From contig OZ316898.1 in NCBI GenBank assembly GCA_973895155.1, positions 21,416,122 through 21,480,121 on the forward strand: a stretch of 64,000 nt of DNA. The letters are read 5' to 3'. Position 1 is the first letter of the stretch; the number at the start of each line of letters is the position of its first letter. Of the stretch, positions 40,501 to 52,986 are shown piece after piece. Below the pieces are notes generated by a model. It searched no databases, was not told the DNA's origin, and saw only the letters and a program-made list of their open reading frames with translations. The translations under genes were made by a program, and so were the position numbers. This DNA is from Marsupella aquatica (Eukaryota; Plantae; Marchantiophyta).

Positions 40501-41275
40501 AAGGAGAGGCGCCAAACAGAAACGACAATATCTTCCCAACGGGAAGTCCGTTGGAGGACTTATTGAGTTCGTTGGAAAGCTCCTGAGGAGGGCTACGTCC
40601 TCCTGAGCTCATCCGGGTCTGGGGGTGCCATGGGTTCTCGTGGACAGCGGGTGTTAGTTCGCCCGTTTGCCAAATCTCGTCGAATAGCAGCCAAGCCGTG
40701 TTCAGTCTCCCAAGGGAGCTTGCGTTGGGGAGGCAAGGCCAAGTAGGTGGGAGGTTGAGGCCCAAGGGTGTTTGGTCCCTAGACTATCAGTGGGGCAAAC
40801 CGTGAGTTGGTTGCTAGCGTTGGGGCCATTTTGGTCCCGGCGTGTTGGGACAAACTTGAGACAAGCTTTGGGACAAGCTACGCTTATTTGGGCCATGAGC
40901 ATGTCCTGAGGTCAGGGCGGTCAGTTGGTGATGGATAGGTACAAGGGGGAACCCGGGCCGCGCCCAAGGAAGGAGCTGTTCTGGACAAACAGTGGGCGTG
41001 GGTTCTGGTTCCGGCTTATGGCATCGGGAGGACCTATCACTGACGTATTTACCAACGTCTGTTGAGCTTGAGTTAGGATGCTAGACTTGGCGGGTTCTAG
41101 ATCCTGAAGGGTTACTTACCGAGGTGCTTGGTTGCTTGTGCAGACTGTGAGGACCGTTGAGTAGCGGTCGTGTTAGAGAGCAAGTGTGGCTTCGTATGGG
41201 AGGGGCTGCGGGTGGTGCAAGGGGCACTAAGGTGCTTGCTCGAGGTATTCTGTGGAGGCGTTCGGGCACCAGGGG
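37583..41275 (+). mobile_element. Ty3/gypsy copy 2: decayed PR-RT-IN fragments plus truncated 3' LTR
   Basis: LVDTSAT, LRLCTGYRALNK..YPLP, MPFGL, FIDDIL, GLLQPLP..WESISMDFI, KLAPRYVG, joined by deletion to LTR sequence 39839-41275 matching copy 1. Confidence 0.9.
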
Positions 41276-41280
41276 TTATT

Positions 41281-41390
41281 CACCAATTACAGTGTAATAG
41301 TTGCACCAACTATAGTGTAATAGTTTCACTAACTGCAATGTAATAGTTTCATCAACTATAGTGTAGTAGTTCCACCAACTATAAATAGTA
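41281..41390. repeat. ~23-bp tandem repeat
   Basis: CACCAACTATAGTGTAATAGTT(T/G) x4-5. Confidence 0.85.
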
Positions 41391-41894
41391 CTAGCACATT
41401 TATAGGTACTTGATGTTTGTCACTTGGTTTCCATCCAAGGGCCAAGGCATTGATCCATGTCCTCTTGGAAAGCACAAAAGTAACACGATAAATAAAGTAA
41501 AAAGAAGCACATTCTCCTCATTCTCATTGTTTGATCAATTGTGTTATCGTAATGCTGTAAGGAGCTCTTTCCCTATATATATTATCCGTGCACTCCGCAT
41601 GCAATATGCACGGCCGCCCGGCCGGTTTTTGCACCCAATACAAGGCTAGTGCACGGCCGGATTTTGCACTAAGCAGACCACAACTGCACAACAAAGCCGG
41701 ATCTCAACCAACTACTAAACCCACTGTGACCCACGTGACCAGCCCTCTGCAACCATGCCCATTTGTGGCACATACCCATATACCCAAACCCTCAGCCGTG
41801 TGCATGCACCGTATAATACAGCCGATCACAGTCTAGTATATAAGCCCTATATTACATAGTCACCATTTCTCTAGCTTGACCTCATACCAAGACC

Positions 41895-42185
41895 CGGGGG
41901 GCACAGGGGAAAAAAATTGCACCCCATGTTTTCTGTTTTTGGGGTACTTGTCAAAAAAATGTGCTATCTGAGCACGTAAAATCCAGATGTTTCAATTTTG
42001 GGGGGAACTTGTCAAAAAAACGTGCTATCTCAAGCACGCACACCCATGTTTACTGTTTTGGGGGTACTTTTCCAAAAATGTGCTATCTGAGCACGTAAAA
42101 CCCAGAGTTTTCAATTTTGGGGGAACTTGTCAAAAAATGTGTGCTATCTGAGCATGCAATCCATGTTTCTGTTTTTTGGGGTGCG
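41895..42185. repeat. ~59-bp tandem repeat (alternating A/B units)
   Basis: GGGG(T/G)ACTTGTCAAAAAA.GTGCTATCT recurs at ~41941, 42001, 42061 and 42119. Confidence 0.85.
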
Positions 42186-42975
42186 TGCGCGCTGAACATG
42201 CGAGGCAATTTAGAGGTGAACAGTTGTGGGTATCGGGAGCATGTTCAGAACGCAAAACCAGGGGTGCTTCCAGGAGGCGAGCATTTTAGGGGCCAAAAAT
42301 TCAAAACATGTCAGGTTGCTGTGAATCAGATTTATCCTGATTCCATGCAGCCCAGCTCGGAACGGCCGATGATACCGTCTTACCTGTGCCGAAGGCTGAA
42401 GAGGACTGGGCGCGGCGTGTGCATCCAATATACGTTTCCTCTGTGGATTCTGCCCTGACATCATGCGCGTATCACGTTTAGTTTGGATACCTTCCGTGGT
42501 GAGAGGAGTATGGGAACATTGCCAGGGCCGAGCGCCAACAGAGTATCTGTGAACAATTGAACGAGGATCTCTTAACTATCTTGTCGTACGTTGCTCTCAT
42601 AGCTGATGATACAGTCTTACATTGCGTAGAACTCATACTAAATATACAGGGGCGCGAATGCCAGGAATTCATGGCTTGGGGGCAGCAGATGGTAGTTTAC
42701 AGTTTCCATGACCCAGGCTTTACATTCTTGGAATTTTATACGTGTGTTGCCCGAAGCATAAGCTAATGGAACACGTAATGCTTATGCAGATGAACGGGAC
42801 TTTCCACATGTGAGACCCATAGGATTCGAGGCAAACAAAACGCTCCCCATTTCGGGAAAGAGCAATGCTCGATCTCCGATCAGAAGCAGATGCATTCACT
42901 AAATAGGCAGATACTTGATGCACGTAACCCCCCCTATCTTCCTAGTTTGGTTTAAATACCATCGTGTGTTATATA

Positions 42976-43040
42976 GTGTAGTGTAGTGTAGTGTAGTGTA
43001 GTGTAGTGTAGTGTAGTGTAGTGTAGTGTAGTGTAGTGTA
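42976..43040. repeat. (GTGTA)n pentanucleotide microsatellite
   Basis: About 13 perfect GTGTA units. Confidence 0.97.
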
Positions 43041-43293
43041 ACCAAATCCAAATCCAAATGCCGGAACGATACAGAGAGGATGATCCCTGCACCCTCCACC
43101 TCGGTTGCACTCCGACGAATCAATGGCAGTCTTCCGTGCGTACCCCACAGGTTTAGGTGTGGATGGCCTGGGGTTCCTTCGACTGGGACGTGCCATTAGT
43201 CGACTGTACCGGTCCTGTGCTAGACTTATTTAATAAGCTGTCCGTTGACAGACTCGGCCTTCATGTCGGCGATGCCGAGCTTTCCCCGTGTAC

Positions 43294-46200
43294 CTACGTT
43301 TGATGCCAGGACTTACCGTTGTCCAATGCCGATGCCGATGCCGATGCAGGTTGGGTACGATTGGGCGTCGATTGTGCTGGTGCCGTCGATAGGGGTGGCT
43401 TTACAGGACGTTCCTTCTTTGCCCGTGACATCTCCAGGAGCCGATTGATCTCTGCCAACTGCCTTTTCGTCTGGGCCTTTAGAAGTTTGTTGACACCTTG
43501 TAATCGTTCGGCCTCATCCCCCGCGGAATCCCGCTGTTGTCGGGCTTCCTCCAAGTCTGCCGCCAGAGCTGCAATCTCCGATCTAAACCCTGCCACCTTC
43601 CGAAGGTGAAATTCGGCTCTCTCTTTCTCGGCCCCCAGTTCCTCCGCTTTAGCCCGGATGTCATCCAACCTCTGAATTGACACGGACTTTGCCTCCGCCA
43701 GCTCCTTTGCTGCTTGCGTTTGTAGGTCAACATTTCGTTGATCTCTCGTTTGTTGCAATTTCTCCAGGTCCCCACTTATTCTGGCGGTCTTCTCTCTTTC
43801 TGCGTCCAACTCCTTATTGTGACTCTCCATGAGATTGGCGACTTGATGAACAAAACTTTCCTTCAAACTCTTCACCGAATCTTCATGTAGTCGTTGTTCA
43901 TCCTGCATCATCCGGTTAACATCGTGTTGCTCCGCGACTTGGCGTTTTATCTCTTCCACCGAACCATGTAAGTCTGCCAATTTGTGTTCCATCTCCGCAC
44001 TGTGGGCGGACTTCCGTCGCTCGGCCTCTAACACCTTGGCGCTCTTGTCCCTTTCCGCCTGTAACTCCTTCCGATGAACCTCCATAACATGGGCTTTCAT
44101 GTGCTCTTCGTGCAACGCTTGCTGATGTGCTATCTCCAAACTTTGCTTCAGGTGCAAAATGTCTTCCGCATCTTGCTTGTGTGCATCACTGATCGAATTG
44201 AGCTCGTGATTGAGGTCGTGTAGGACCGCCTACATATTTCCCATCCCGGCCTGCTTCGCATCCATTTCTCGAAGCCTCCGGATGACCTCCGCCTTCATGA
44301 GTTTCTCGACCTCCAACTTGGACAAAATGTTCTGGCACTGGGCATTTCGCTGCCAGAGGAGCGGCCTGGCGTCCATGTGACGATGCAAAATTTTGATTAG
44401 AAGCTTGCCTACCTCGTCAGCACAATACTTGGAAAGCTCGACGGCATAAGCGGACCTTGGCTCATCCGTATGAACTGGACGCCAAACTTTCGTGTCCTGC
44501 TGGCAGCTCATTTTCTCGTAGTAGTCCAAATCCTGAATTGGTTGCTGGGCGTTTAGGATTTTCTCTTGAATAAATGCCGGCCAGGGACCGCCGGGAATGT
44601 CGTGCTCCTGGGACATGTCTTCATCCGGGGGCAATTGGTGAGCTTCTGCGTTTGTGAATAGTGACTGTTGGGGAGCTATCATCAGTGTTGATTCCGGTAA
44701 TATTGTCATCACCTCCGTTTGCCCCACGCTCCCCACCGGCCGGTCTTGACCGAGCACCCCTGACTCTCCAGGCGGGCAGCACCCTTCTGCAATGGTCTGT
44801 TGTGTGTCTATGCCGGGGCCCTCAAAACCATGGCCTGGGCCTGGAGCCTCGTCGGATGCAAGGGGTTGCTGGTTTTCGCAGCGGTGAATGTTGGCCGCAG
44901 TGGAGGCCAACGGGTGTATCGACTCCCCGTCCACCGCTCGAGTTGCTGTACCCTCTCTACACTCACTTGCCACTGTTGCAGCACCCTCTGCTTCGTGCCG
45001 AACACCATTTCCGGAGTCGGAATGGTTGTCCTGGAACTTCCCCGAAGTCTTTCCGCTCTGTTGAATTTCAGCCGCAGTGGAGGCCAACTGCTTTAGAGAC
45101 TCCCCGCCCCACAGGTCGGGTTGATATACCTTCTTTGCGCTCCCTCGCTACCACCGCAGCACTCTCCGCTTCACGTCGAACGCCATTTCCGAAGTTGGCA
45201 TGGGTGTCTTGGAACTCCCCCGAAGTCTTAGTCAGGTTTGTCGCCGTGGGACGTAATGATTCCTGACCGTCTGGTTCGCCATCCGATCCCGAACTGGGAA
45301 CCCTTGTCGCTGGATCCTCCGCAACATCCCCCATTCCCAGCAGTAAAGGCTCATGATTCCACAGCAGCCCCATCTGCACCTTGTCTTGGGGAGCTTTGCC
45401 GACCCCGCCATCAGTATGGGGACCGGCTGATGCGAACAGAAGTCTCCGCGCGTACCTGTATATGATTGGTAAGTGATATGCTAACTTTGATGATGAGGAG
45501 GTCTGTAAGTTTTCTCTGGAAAAATCAAGGTTACCCAAAAGCTTTTTATACAGAAACCCACAGTAGTTTAGGTTCGGTCCGAGAGTCTGCAACAACCAAC
45601 AGTGGCGCTTTGGTATTTCTTCATCAGGATCGGTCATCCAGAGTGCCGCCCTCAAGAATTCCAAGAGCTCCAGCTGATGTTTGCTGGTGCACTGGTTCTT
45701 CAGGAACCCAGTTGTGGTGGGTGCTCCTCTGAAATAGGTCCACTGGTGATCACGTATGTACACCCTCCCTTGGATCGCTCCCGGTCGACCTCTGGGCAAG
45801 CGGAAAACCTCGGAGACAACCTGCTCGTCAAATTGGAATTCCCTGCCACTGATGCACCCAACCTTCCGCTTGGGGTCCCAAGTCCCCACAAAGTCCCGCA
45901 TCTCCTGTTCTGACACATCGTCTGAATGCAACCACGGCAGGTTTATGAAGGCGGAGAGGCCTGTGTTGTCTGTTGAAGTGTCATATCGATTGGTATCAAT
46001 GTTGGCGAATGCTTCGTCCTCGATCTTTGGGAACCTTAGCTCTAGGTTTGTTGGCAGTGTTCCATTCCACCCCTGCGAATCGCAATGTGTTGGTGGAGAT
46101 GCAGCAGCCTGTGCGTCAAACGGCGGCTCCTCTTCTCTGCCCTCAAGTGCCGCAACCCCGCTGGGTGTGGTCCGGGTCCTCTTCTTATGTGCCACTCCAG

Positions 46201-46327
46201 GGGTTTCTTGATTGTCCTCCTCAGTGGACGTTGCTGTTGCATCTGTTGCCAATTTCCTCTTCATCGGGGGCTCCGGTGCCATGGTAAGGCTCTGCAGGTC
46301 CCAGTGTGATAAAAATTGCCCGCACAA
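43294..46327 (-). pseudogene. Broken ~1000-codon gene: plant-transposon-protein-like domain, internal repeat and long coiled coil
   Basis: Three ORFs joined by one frameshift (~45085) and one in-frame TAG (44230-44232). EMRDFVGTWD..ISGREFQFDEQVVSEVFRLP resembles retroelement accessory (Transposase_32-like) domains. The C-terminus is E/K/Q/L-rich. Confidence 0.55.
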
Positions 46328-46409
46328 ACTTCAATTACGCTTTCAAAAACCCTTTTAAATAACCCTAAGCGTTTTGTCGACCAAGATGTGCTTATCGCCG
46401 CGCCTTGGA

Positions 46410-46745
46410 GCCCCAAAACGAGTGAGAGAATGATAGTCCCTTCTACTCACTCTTGTCAAACCTTGCTTGCGCATCACCCTGAAAGAGCGCGATAGAATCA
46501 CAGTCCCTTCTACTCACTCTGTTGAACCTCGGATGCCCACAACCCTGAAAGAGCACGAGAGAATCATAGTCCCTTCTTCTCACTCTGTCAAACCTCGGAT
46601 GCCCACAACCTTGAAAGAGCACGGCAAAATGATAGTCCCATCTCCTCACTCTTGTCGAAACTCGGCCCACAGCCCACAAAGAGCGAGAGAGATTGATAGT
46701 CCCAGCTCCTCACTCTAGACGAACCTCGCTTGCCCACAAACCCTA
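46410..46745. repeat. ~66-bp tandem repeat (5 copies)
   Basis: AAAGAGC..GAGAAT.ATAGTCCC.TCT.CTCACTCT..AACCTCGG.TGCCCACAACC recurs at ~46481, 46548, 46613 and 46678. Confidence 0.9.
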
Positions 46746-46869
46746 CTTACGACTACGACTACTTACATTATTTTAGCCGTTGGTGATAGACGACTTAATC
46801 CGGCCGTGACCCTCAAAGGTTGTTATGATTGAGAGTACAAACATATCATTTGTGAAATGCCGATAGCCA

Positions 46870-46948
46870 TCTACAATTATAATAAGGGATCCCGCCTTTT
46901 TTCGTCCTTGGTCACCATACAAAAAAGCTTATGGGCGGGAAAGATCCA
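46870..46948 (+). mobile_element. Helitron 5' end fragment (same family as 35559-35790)
   Basis: A|TCTACAATTATAATAAGGGATCCC...GGGCGGGAAAGATCCA matches the first ~80 bp of the mini-Helitron. Confidence 0.7.
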
Positions 46949-47743
46949 GTAATGTTTTCTAAATAAATCAAGATATTGAAAAATATTGATAATTAGGGGT
47001 GACAATGTTATTGGTGGTAACCCTAAACTGGACCCACTCCAAAATTTGGCAGACTACCAACGACATCTCTTTGTGTGGATGTTCTTAGAAAGTTTCTTTA
47101 TGTTTTAGCGTGTCAGTCTGTTTCAAAGGAGGTTGACAGATTGATAACATGGCGGGAATGGATTTGCCAGCATAGCTGGATTTGCTAGAGCAAGGGAAAG
47201 AGAACCAAGACTATGTCAAAATATTTTAGGGTAATTAATCTGCATCTCCTTTGGCTTATCCTCGCTGCATTTCAAGAAATGATAAATGAAGACCCAAAAA
47301 ATGTGGGGATTGGAACACGGGGCACATCTGGGAATTTGATAAAGCCAAGCAAAGATTGGTTTTTTCGCCATTGGCAAGGGTGGCAAGGGATTCTATAGCT
47401 GAGGTGAACAATTTTGTTGACAGACATGGCATGTCTTAATATGCACAAAATTCAATGATAAGCACCGATTTGCCTCTATGTCAACTTACACCTGAGCTTC
47501 AGAATATCATAGCAAAGTATTGAGTGAATTTTGAAGGGAGTCAAGATGACCTTGACAATGATGCTACTGTTGAAGTGGCTTCTGCTGTTGGTGAACCAGG
47601 TGAAGAGCCAGCTCAACCCACTTCTCAATGTTTTCTCAATGTTTGTGTGAGTAAGAAGTTTTGTAAACTGTAATCAAATATTGTGCACAGTTTCTAATTT
47701 TTTATAAGCACACTTTGATTATTGTCCATTCCATTTATTTGAC

Positions 47744-48247
47744 GAGTAAAGTAATATCATCAGTTATCAGTCGTTTCCATCAGTCAACCTGATATCAGTC
47801 GCCACATCATCTCAGAGAGGCCGCCAAGATGCGGCGCCGAAAAAAAATGCGAAATTTTTTTTTAAATTTTTTTTCTCAAAATTTGATGGAGGAAAAAAAA
47901 AAAATTTGAAAATTTTTTCACTATGGGTGTCCGTACCGTACGGATATCGCTTCTCGGCGGGGTCAGCCGAGATGGTCAGTTGTCCGTACTGTACGGACAC
48001 CGAATTTCGGCATATTTTTTTTTCAACTTTTTTTTTCTCCGTTTTTTTTGTTCGCTCGCCGATCTCGGCGAGGTCAGCTGAGATTGAGTCAATCTCAGCT
48101 GCCTAGCTGAGATGCGTGGAAGTGCAAAGTCGTCATCTCAGCTACTCAGCTGAGATTAAAAAAAAATTCAGCGAAAAAAACTGATAACTAATATCAGCCG
48201 CTGATATCAGTTATCAGTGACTGATAACTGATGATCCTCGCTACCCC
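47744..48247. mobile_element. Mutator-like MITE (504 bp)
   Basis: 9-bp direct repeat TTATTTGAC on both sides (47735-47743, 48248-48256), perfect 17-bp subterminal inverted repeat ATCATCAGTTATCAGTC, and internal palindromes. Confidence 0.75.
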
Positions 48248-48766
48248 TTATTTGACTTGTGACCACAATTAGTGTCATACCATATTAATGTCACACACCC
48301 TCATACCATATTAATGTCACACACCCTAATTACCGTCACTTACCTCAACTAGTCAAATGTAACCTCACATTAATTAGAGTGTGTGAGACTAAATACTCTA
48401 AGGAGTGTAGTGGAAAGAAAGAAAGAAAAAACTGCACAACTTTCCAAAAGCGAGAAAGGTACAATACTTTAAGACAAGTGCATTAATTTCAAGGAACTTT
48501 ATGATTGAAAGAGAAGTGCTTGAACTTTGTGCTTTCCTAATTTTCTGCTCAAATTGGCGCTCTCTATTTAGGTGACACCTGTCGATCAATAAACCATGAA
48601 CAATGTAAATTTTATATCCAGTGGCATATAATGTGCACTCATCAGTAAATAGAAGAATAGTTGCTTGGTTGAAGGGTCGAACCTTCTCATGCAAGTAAGA
48701 AAATATGCCCCTCAAAATGATAAGTATAATATAGCGGACCTATATATATTATCGGCAAATTAAAAC

Positions 48767-49272
48767 TTTAGGGTTTAGGGTTTAGGGTGGACATGGCCAA
48801 AGCATGGACTAGGCCGGATTAACATAATAATATATTTCAATTCAATGAGACCAAAGAATCTCTCCAAACCATCGACGACATAGATTTCAAATTTCCATCT
48901 CATCCCTTGATAAAACCTTTCATTATTATAATTGCAGGAGAAGCTTTTTGATGGAGGTTTTTCAATGAGCCTAGCATTTCAATGAAGCGTTTCAGAGGTG
49001 ACGGATTTCTGAATCATTGTACCCTTCTTTGAAAGCATAAAAGTGTTTAGGGTTTAGGGTTAAGAGATTGATTTCAAATTTCCCACTCTCTCTCTCTCGC
49101 TCGCAATGAGCCAATCGTTCGGGGATGTATGGTTGTATGGTTTAGGGTAACATCAATGGTTTGGGCTTTAGGGTTTGAGATTTTCCCTGCAGTTTTCATT
49201 TTTGTAGGTTTTTGATTACCATTAGTCAGATGAATTTCGGCCGTTTTACGACTACTTTAGCTGGTTTAGGGT
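48767..49272 (+). repeat. Cluster of TTTAGGG telomere-like motifs
   Basis: (TTTAGGG)3 at 48767, (TTTAGGG)2 at ~49046, and single copies at ~49141, ~49168 and ~49265. Confidence 0.8.
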
Positions 49273-50149
49273 TGGGTACAGGTATTTTACCTTGCGTTGC
49301 ATTAAACATGATGGGGGTCCCTGAAAGAAGGAGCTTGCCATGGGGGTCCGTCAAGAAATTCATAAACTCTCAAGCATCCTCATACTAAACCAATGGAATG
49401 TCCAACCCGCCCTACACGACTCCCGCGCAGAGCTTTGGTTGATGACTACTATAGTCCTGTTCTGGTTCACTACCAACATCCATGTCCTATGGGTTTTCCG
49501 GTGACAAAATGGACCGTAAATGGCTGTGTTTCAGCCGGCTTAGACTTTGGGGCAAACCACTTGCTATACGCCCTCTGTTTTGTGCCACGTTTTCATCGTT
49601 GTTGAGCACCCCCGAGTCCCCACTTTTATACCGGCGGTGTGACGGATCCACAATGTGTCGAGGTTTGTAGAGAGCATTGACAATTGCTTGACATTGAATT
49701 GGGCATCGCCCTTCTTCGCAGCCCTCTCACGGAGCCTCCCGCCGTTGCAGCGGAACGACCCCATGGCCTGCATCACAATTATCTGTAACGTCCTTTTGTA
49801 AAGCGTTTTTCCACCTCTTCCCCACCATCTTTCATTGCATTGGTATGTTTGCGTCAATAGTGCACAGTAGAAGATTGGTAAGAACTCCATAAACAAGACA
49901 ATTAGGAATTAGCAGGTGAATGTCCAAATGGGCCTCGTTCTGGATGCATGTTCACGATGAGTACTTTTAAGATGCTTTGAGGGGTAACAAGAATCACAAT
50001 AGCCAAAGGCGATCGTTATACATGAAAACTGGGAGGAGAAATCACAAATGTCCATACGGTGAGTGCACTGTAGACGCGGAAATCGTGATCATGGAAAAAC
50101 AAGCACATGGACGATGGCTTCAAATAAACTTTCCACTAATATAGAAGCA

Positions 50150-51387
50150 CTAGCTGAATACCTGTGCGTTGCACACAAGAAGTCGTGTCGGCCAAGATGT
50201 CATTGAGAAAAAATGATGTAGTGTCAGCCAAGAGGTCGTGGAGAAAAAAGATGTAGTGAAGAGAAAAGATGTTGTGTTGCCCAAGAGGTCGTTGAGAGAA
50301 ACGATGTCGTGTCGCCCAAGAGGTCGTTGAGAGAAAAGAAGTTGCGTTGGTCAAGATGACGTTGAGAAAAAAGAGATGTTGTATTGGCCAAGAGGTCGTT
50401 GAAAGAAAATATGTAGTGTCAACCAAGAGGTCGTGGAGAAAAAAGATGTCTTGTCGCCCCAGAGGTCATTGAGAAATAAAGATATCGTGTCGCCCAAGAA
50501 GACATTGAGAAAAAAACATGTGTTGGCCAAGAGATCATTGAGCAAAAAATGTCATGTCGGCCAAGAAGGGTTTAGGGGAAAAAAGACGTTGTGTCGGCCA
50601 AGATGTCGTTGAGAAAAAAATTTCATGTTGGCGAAGATGTTGAGATAAAAAAATGTTGTGTCGGCCAAGACATCGTTCACGGAAAATACCCGTGCGTTGC
50701 ACAAAAGATATTGTTAAGAAATAAGATGTCGTGTTGCCCAAGATGTTGTTAAGTGGAAGATATCACAAAGTAAAATGATGTCTTTAAAAAAGTAGTTTTG
50801 CGAAACATGCCATTGTGTGAAAGATGTTATGAAATAAAAAAATCAAGGAAACTAAGAAGGAGTGAGTCTTTTTCTTTGTTTTGTTTTTTTACCCAAAATG
50901 CCCATGCATTTGAATGGCGACCACTATAAATTAACTAACTTCCAAAGAGTTAAATCTCTTTTTTAAGAGCAAAAGCCAAAATAATATAATATCAACCTAC
51001 TCTCTTCCCCTTAGTGCTCACTCCCTACCAAAACCATTACCTCAAGTAAATCTTTTCACTTTGATGCCCCATGCCAAATGTACTCTAAAATAATAATATA
51101 CTTACACTTTAATGCTCCATACCAAAAAGTATTATACGCAAGCTACAAAATAACTACAGTAACACATGCAAGTACTCTATGACATATTATATCTACTTTG
51201 TATTATAATTTACATACCTACCTTGTACTATAACTTACAGCCAATTTTAGGTTCCCATCTCACTCAATCCAAGAGCCATAAATAATTCTAGAAAATATCC
51301 GATGGCTTAGCTTTGTTCCCTCCTTTTTCATTTTTGTAACGGGGACGAACGACTACAACTGGCGGGATTAGTTATTATAGTAGTAGA
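50150..51387 (-). mobile_element. Non-autonomous Helitron (1238 bp)
   Basis: 5' end A|TCTACTACTATAATAAC at 51387. 3' end TGTGC-AAC-GCACA hairpin plus GGTATTCAG-CTAG|T at 50150. Inserted at an A|T site with no TSD. Confidence 0.88.
50180..50752. repeat. ~35-bp minisatellite inside the Helitron
   Basis: GTCGTGTCGGCCAAGA.GTCGTTGAGAAAAAAGAT, about 15 degenerate copies. Confidence 0.9.
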
Positions 51388-52986
51388 TATATGACCAGCA
51401 TAGACAAAACCAGAGTATTACCGTGACAACATGGAGCTTCAGTTGCGCAAGCAAATGAACAGCATATCCATGGAAGCAAGTTGTTGACATTTGTCAATTA
51501 TCTCAGTGTCGGTAAACGCATCCTACTGCCAGATCTTTCGTCAAAGACAGTGAATAATGGAGTCACCTCAATCTGTTGAGGAACAAATTAAGATTGTTTC
51601 CACAGTCATGGTAATTACAAACAAAGAGAGAAGAAGAAAGGTACAGGGTAGGCGAGGTCCAGCTAATTAAATAATTGAAAATCCTGCCAGAAGCTATGGT
51701 GGCTTAGAGCTAAGGAAACCGAGGAAAGCATACACCTTCTTAAGCTTTGCACAGGAGAGACAACAGACAACTAGGACGAAATCTTGCAAGAGGAGTCCTC
51801 GGTGGCTGATGTGGTGTTTTGCCGGCCTGGAATGTTTGAGGGGTCGTTCAGGCCCGAGAAGACTTGCACCAAGTTGAGCATTTCCTGAGGTATTCGGTTG
51901 GAGGAGGAGGAGCAACATTTGCCCTCTCACCATACACGGCATGCATCCTGTCGAAGTGAGGGCAGATTTTGTCGAGGTTGTCCTCCGACGTCATTCCTGC
52001 CCAAAACTCCGCCATTGATAAACCAGCTCCTAAATTGTTTTTGGCGTCCTTATATTATCCTTCATGGCGAGAGCCTCCTTATACCCTAAACCGTAACGTC
52101 AAAACCTTTTTCCCAAGTTATCTCCCGTGCCTACAAATTTGGGGAAACCGTTGGCATGGAGATGAACTTGTCCCCACAGGCACCCTACGAGAGGATCCAT
52201 TCAGCATATCAAAACTCTTTGCATCTTCCGATTCATATCGCTTCCACGAACCTGCCCACAATTGGATGCGACCATGTCCGTTCCGTGTTCATTCACCTGC
52301 GAGTGTACCACTACACTACTGCTGGATCCTGCGACACTCCCCATCCAGACAATACTGGAAATGTAGCAGCGCCCCACATCGAATTTGCCATACCTTCTCT
52401 TTCTACTCCCGACTTTCACACGGAAAATTAGTAATCACAGAGAGAGGTGAGCTTGAATTTTGAAACCCTACACCCTAAACCCTCCAAAATGTTGCGCATT
52501 ACCACCAGTAGCAGACAAGTTGCAGAGCAAAGTCGGCCCAGGTGTTCAAATGGGAACAAGACGGGCTTTCCTTAACCTAGGGTAAACCCGGCTTTGTAAG
52601 AGGCCCCCTTGGTTTTGCATGGCCGAAAACTCTGTCCCGGGCGGCTTTCCGGACAAATTGTGCTCGTGACCATGTTCAATGGCGCCAAGTTTGAGATGCC
52701 CTAGTAGTAGTAGTAGTAGGAGTACTGTAGTAGAGGCTTCACCACTTGGCTTTCCGGTCATTAACCAGGCCTTATGGGATGGAGTAGGAGCCATCCAAGA
52801 GTTGTGCTCAGATGAGGGATGAAGTACGGACCAATAATGAGTTTGTCCGTGGCTACCGTTGGGATACTCCCTTCAGATATGGAGATGGGACCATGGATCT
52901 GGAAGGAAAAATTCTACAAATTAAGTAGCAAAGAATGAGAAGGCTGTGTTGTAGGGGCCTAAGTTTAGGGTGAGCCGTTGCGGAAG

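Noticed and set aside
42976-43040. CACTA transposon terminus (reads CACTA repeats on minus)
   Set aside because: A plain pentamer microsatellite with no TIR partner or 3-bp TSD.
46950-47530. LINE-type RNase H remnant (EVNNFVDR..PELQNII)
   Set aside because: Too degenerate to support by eye.
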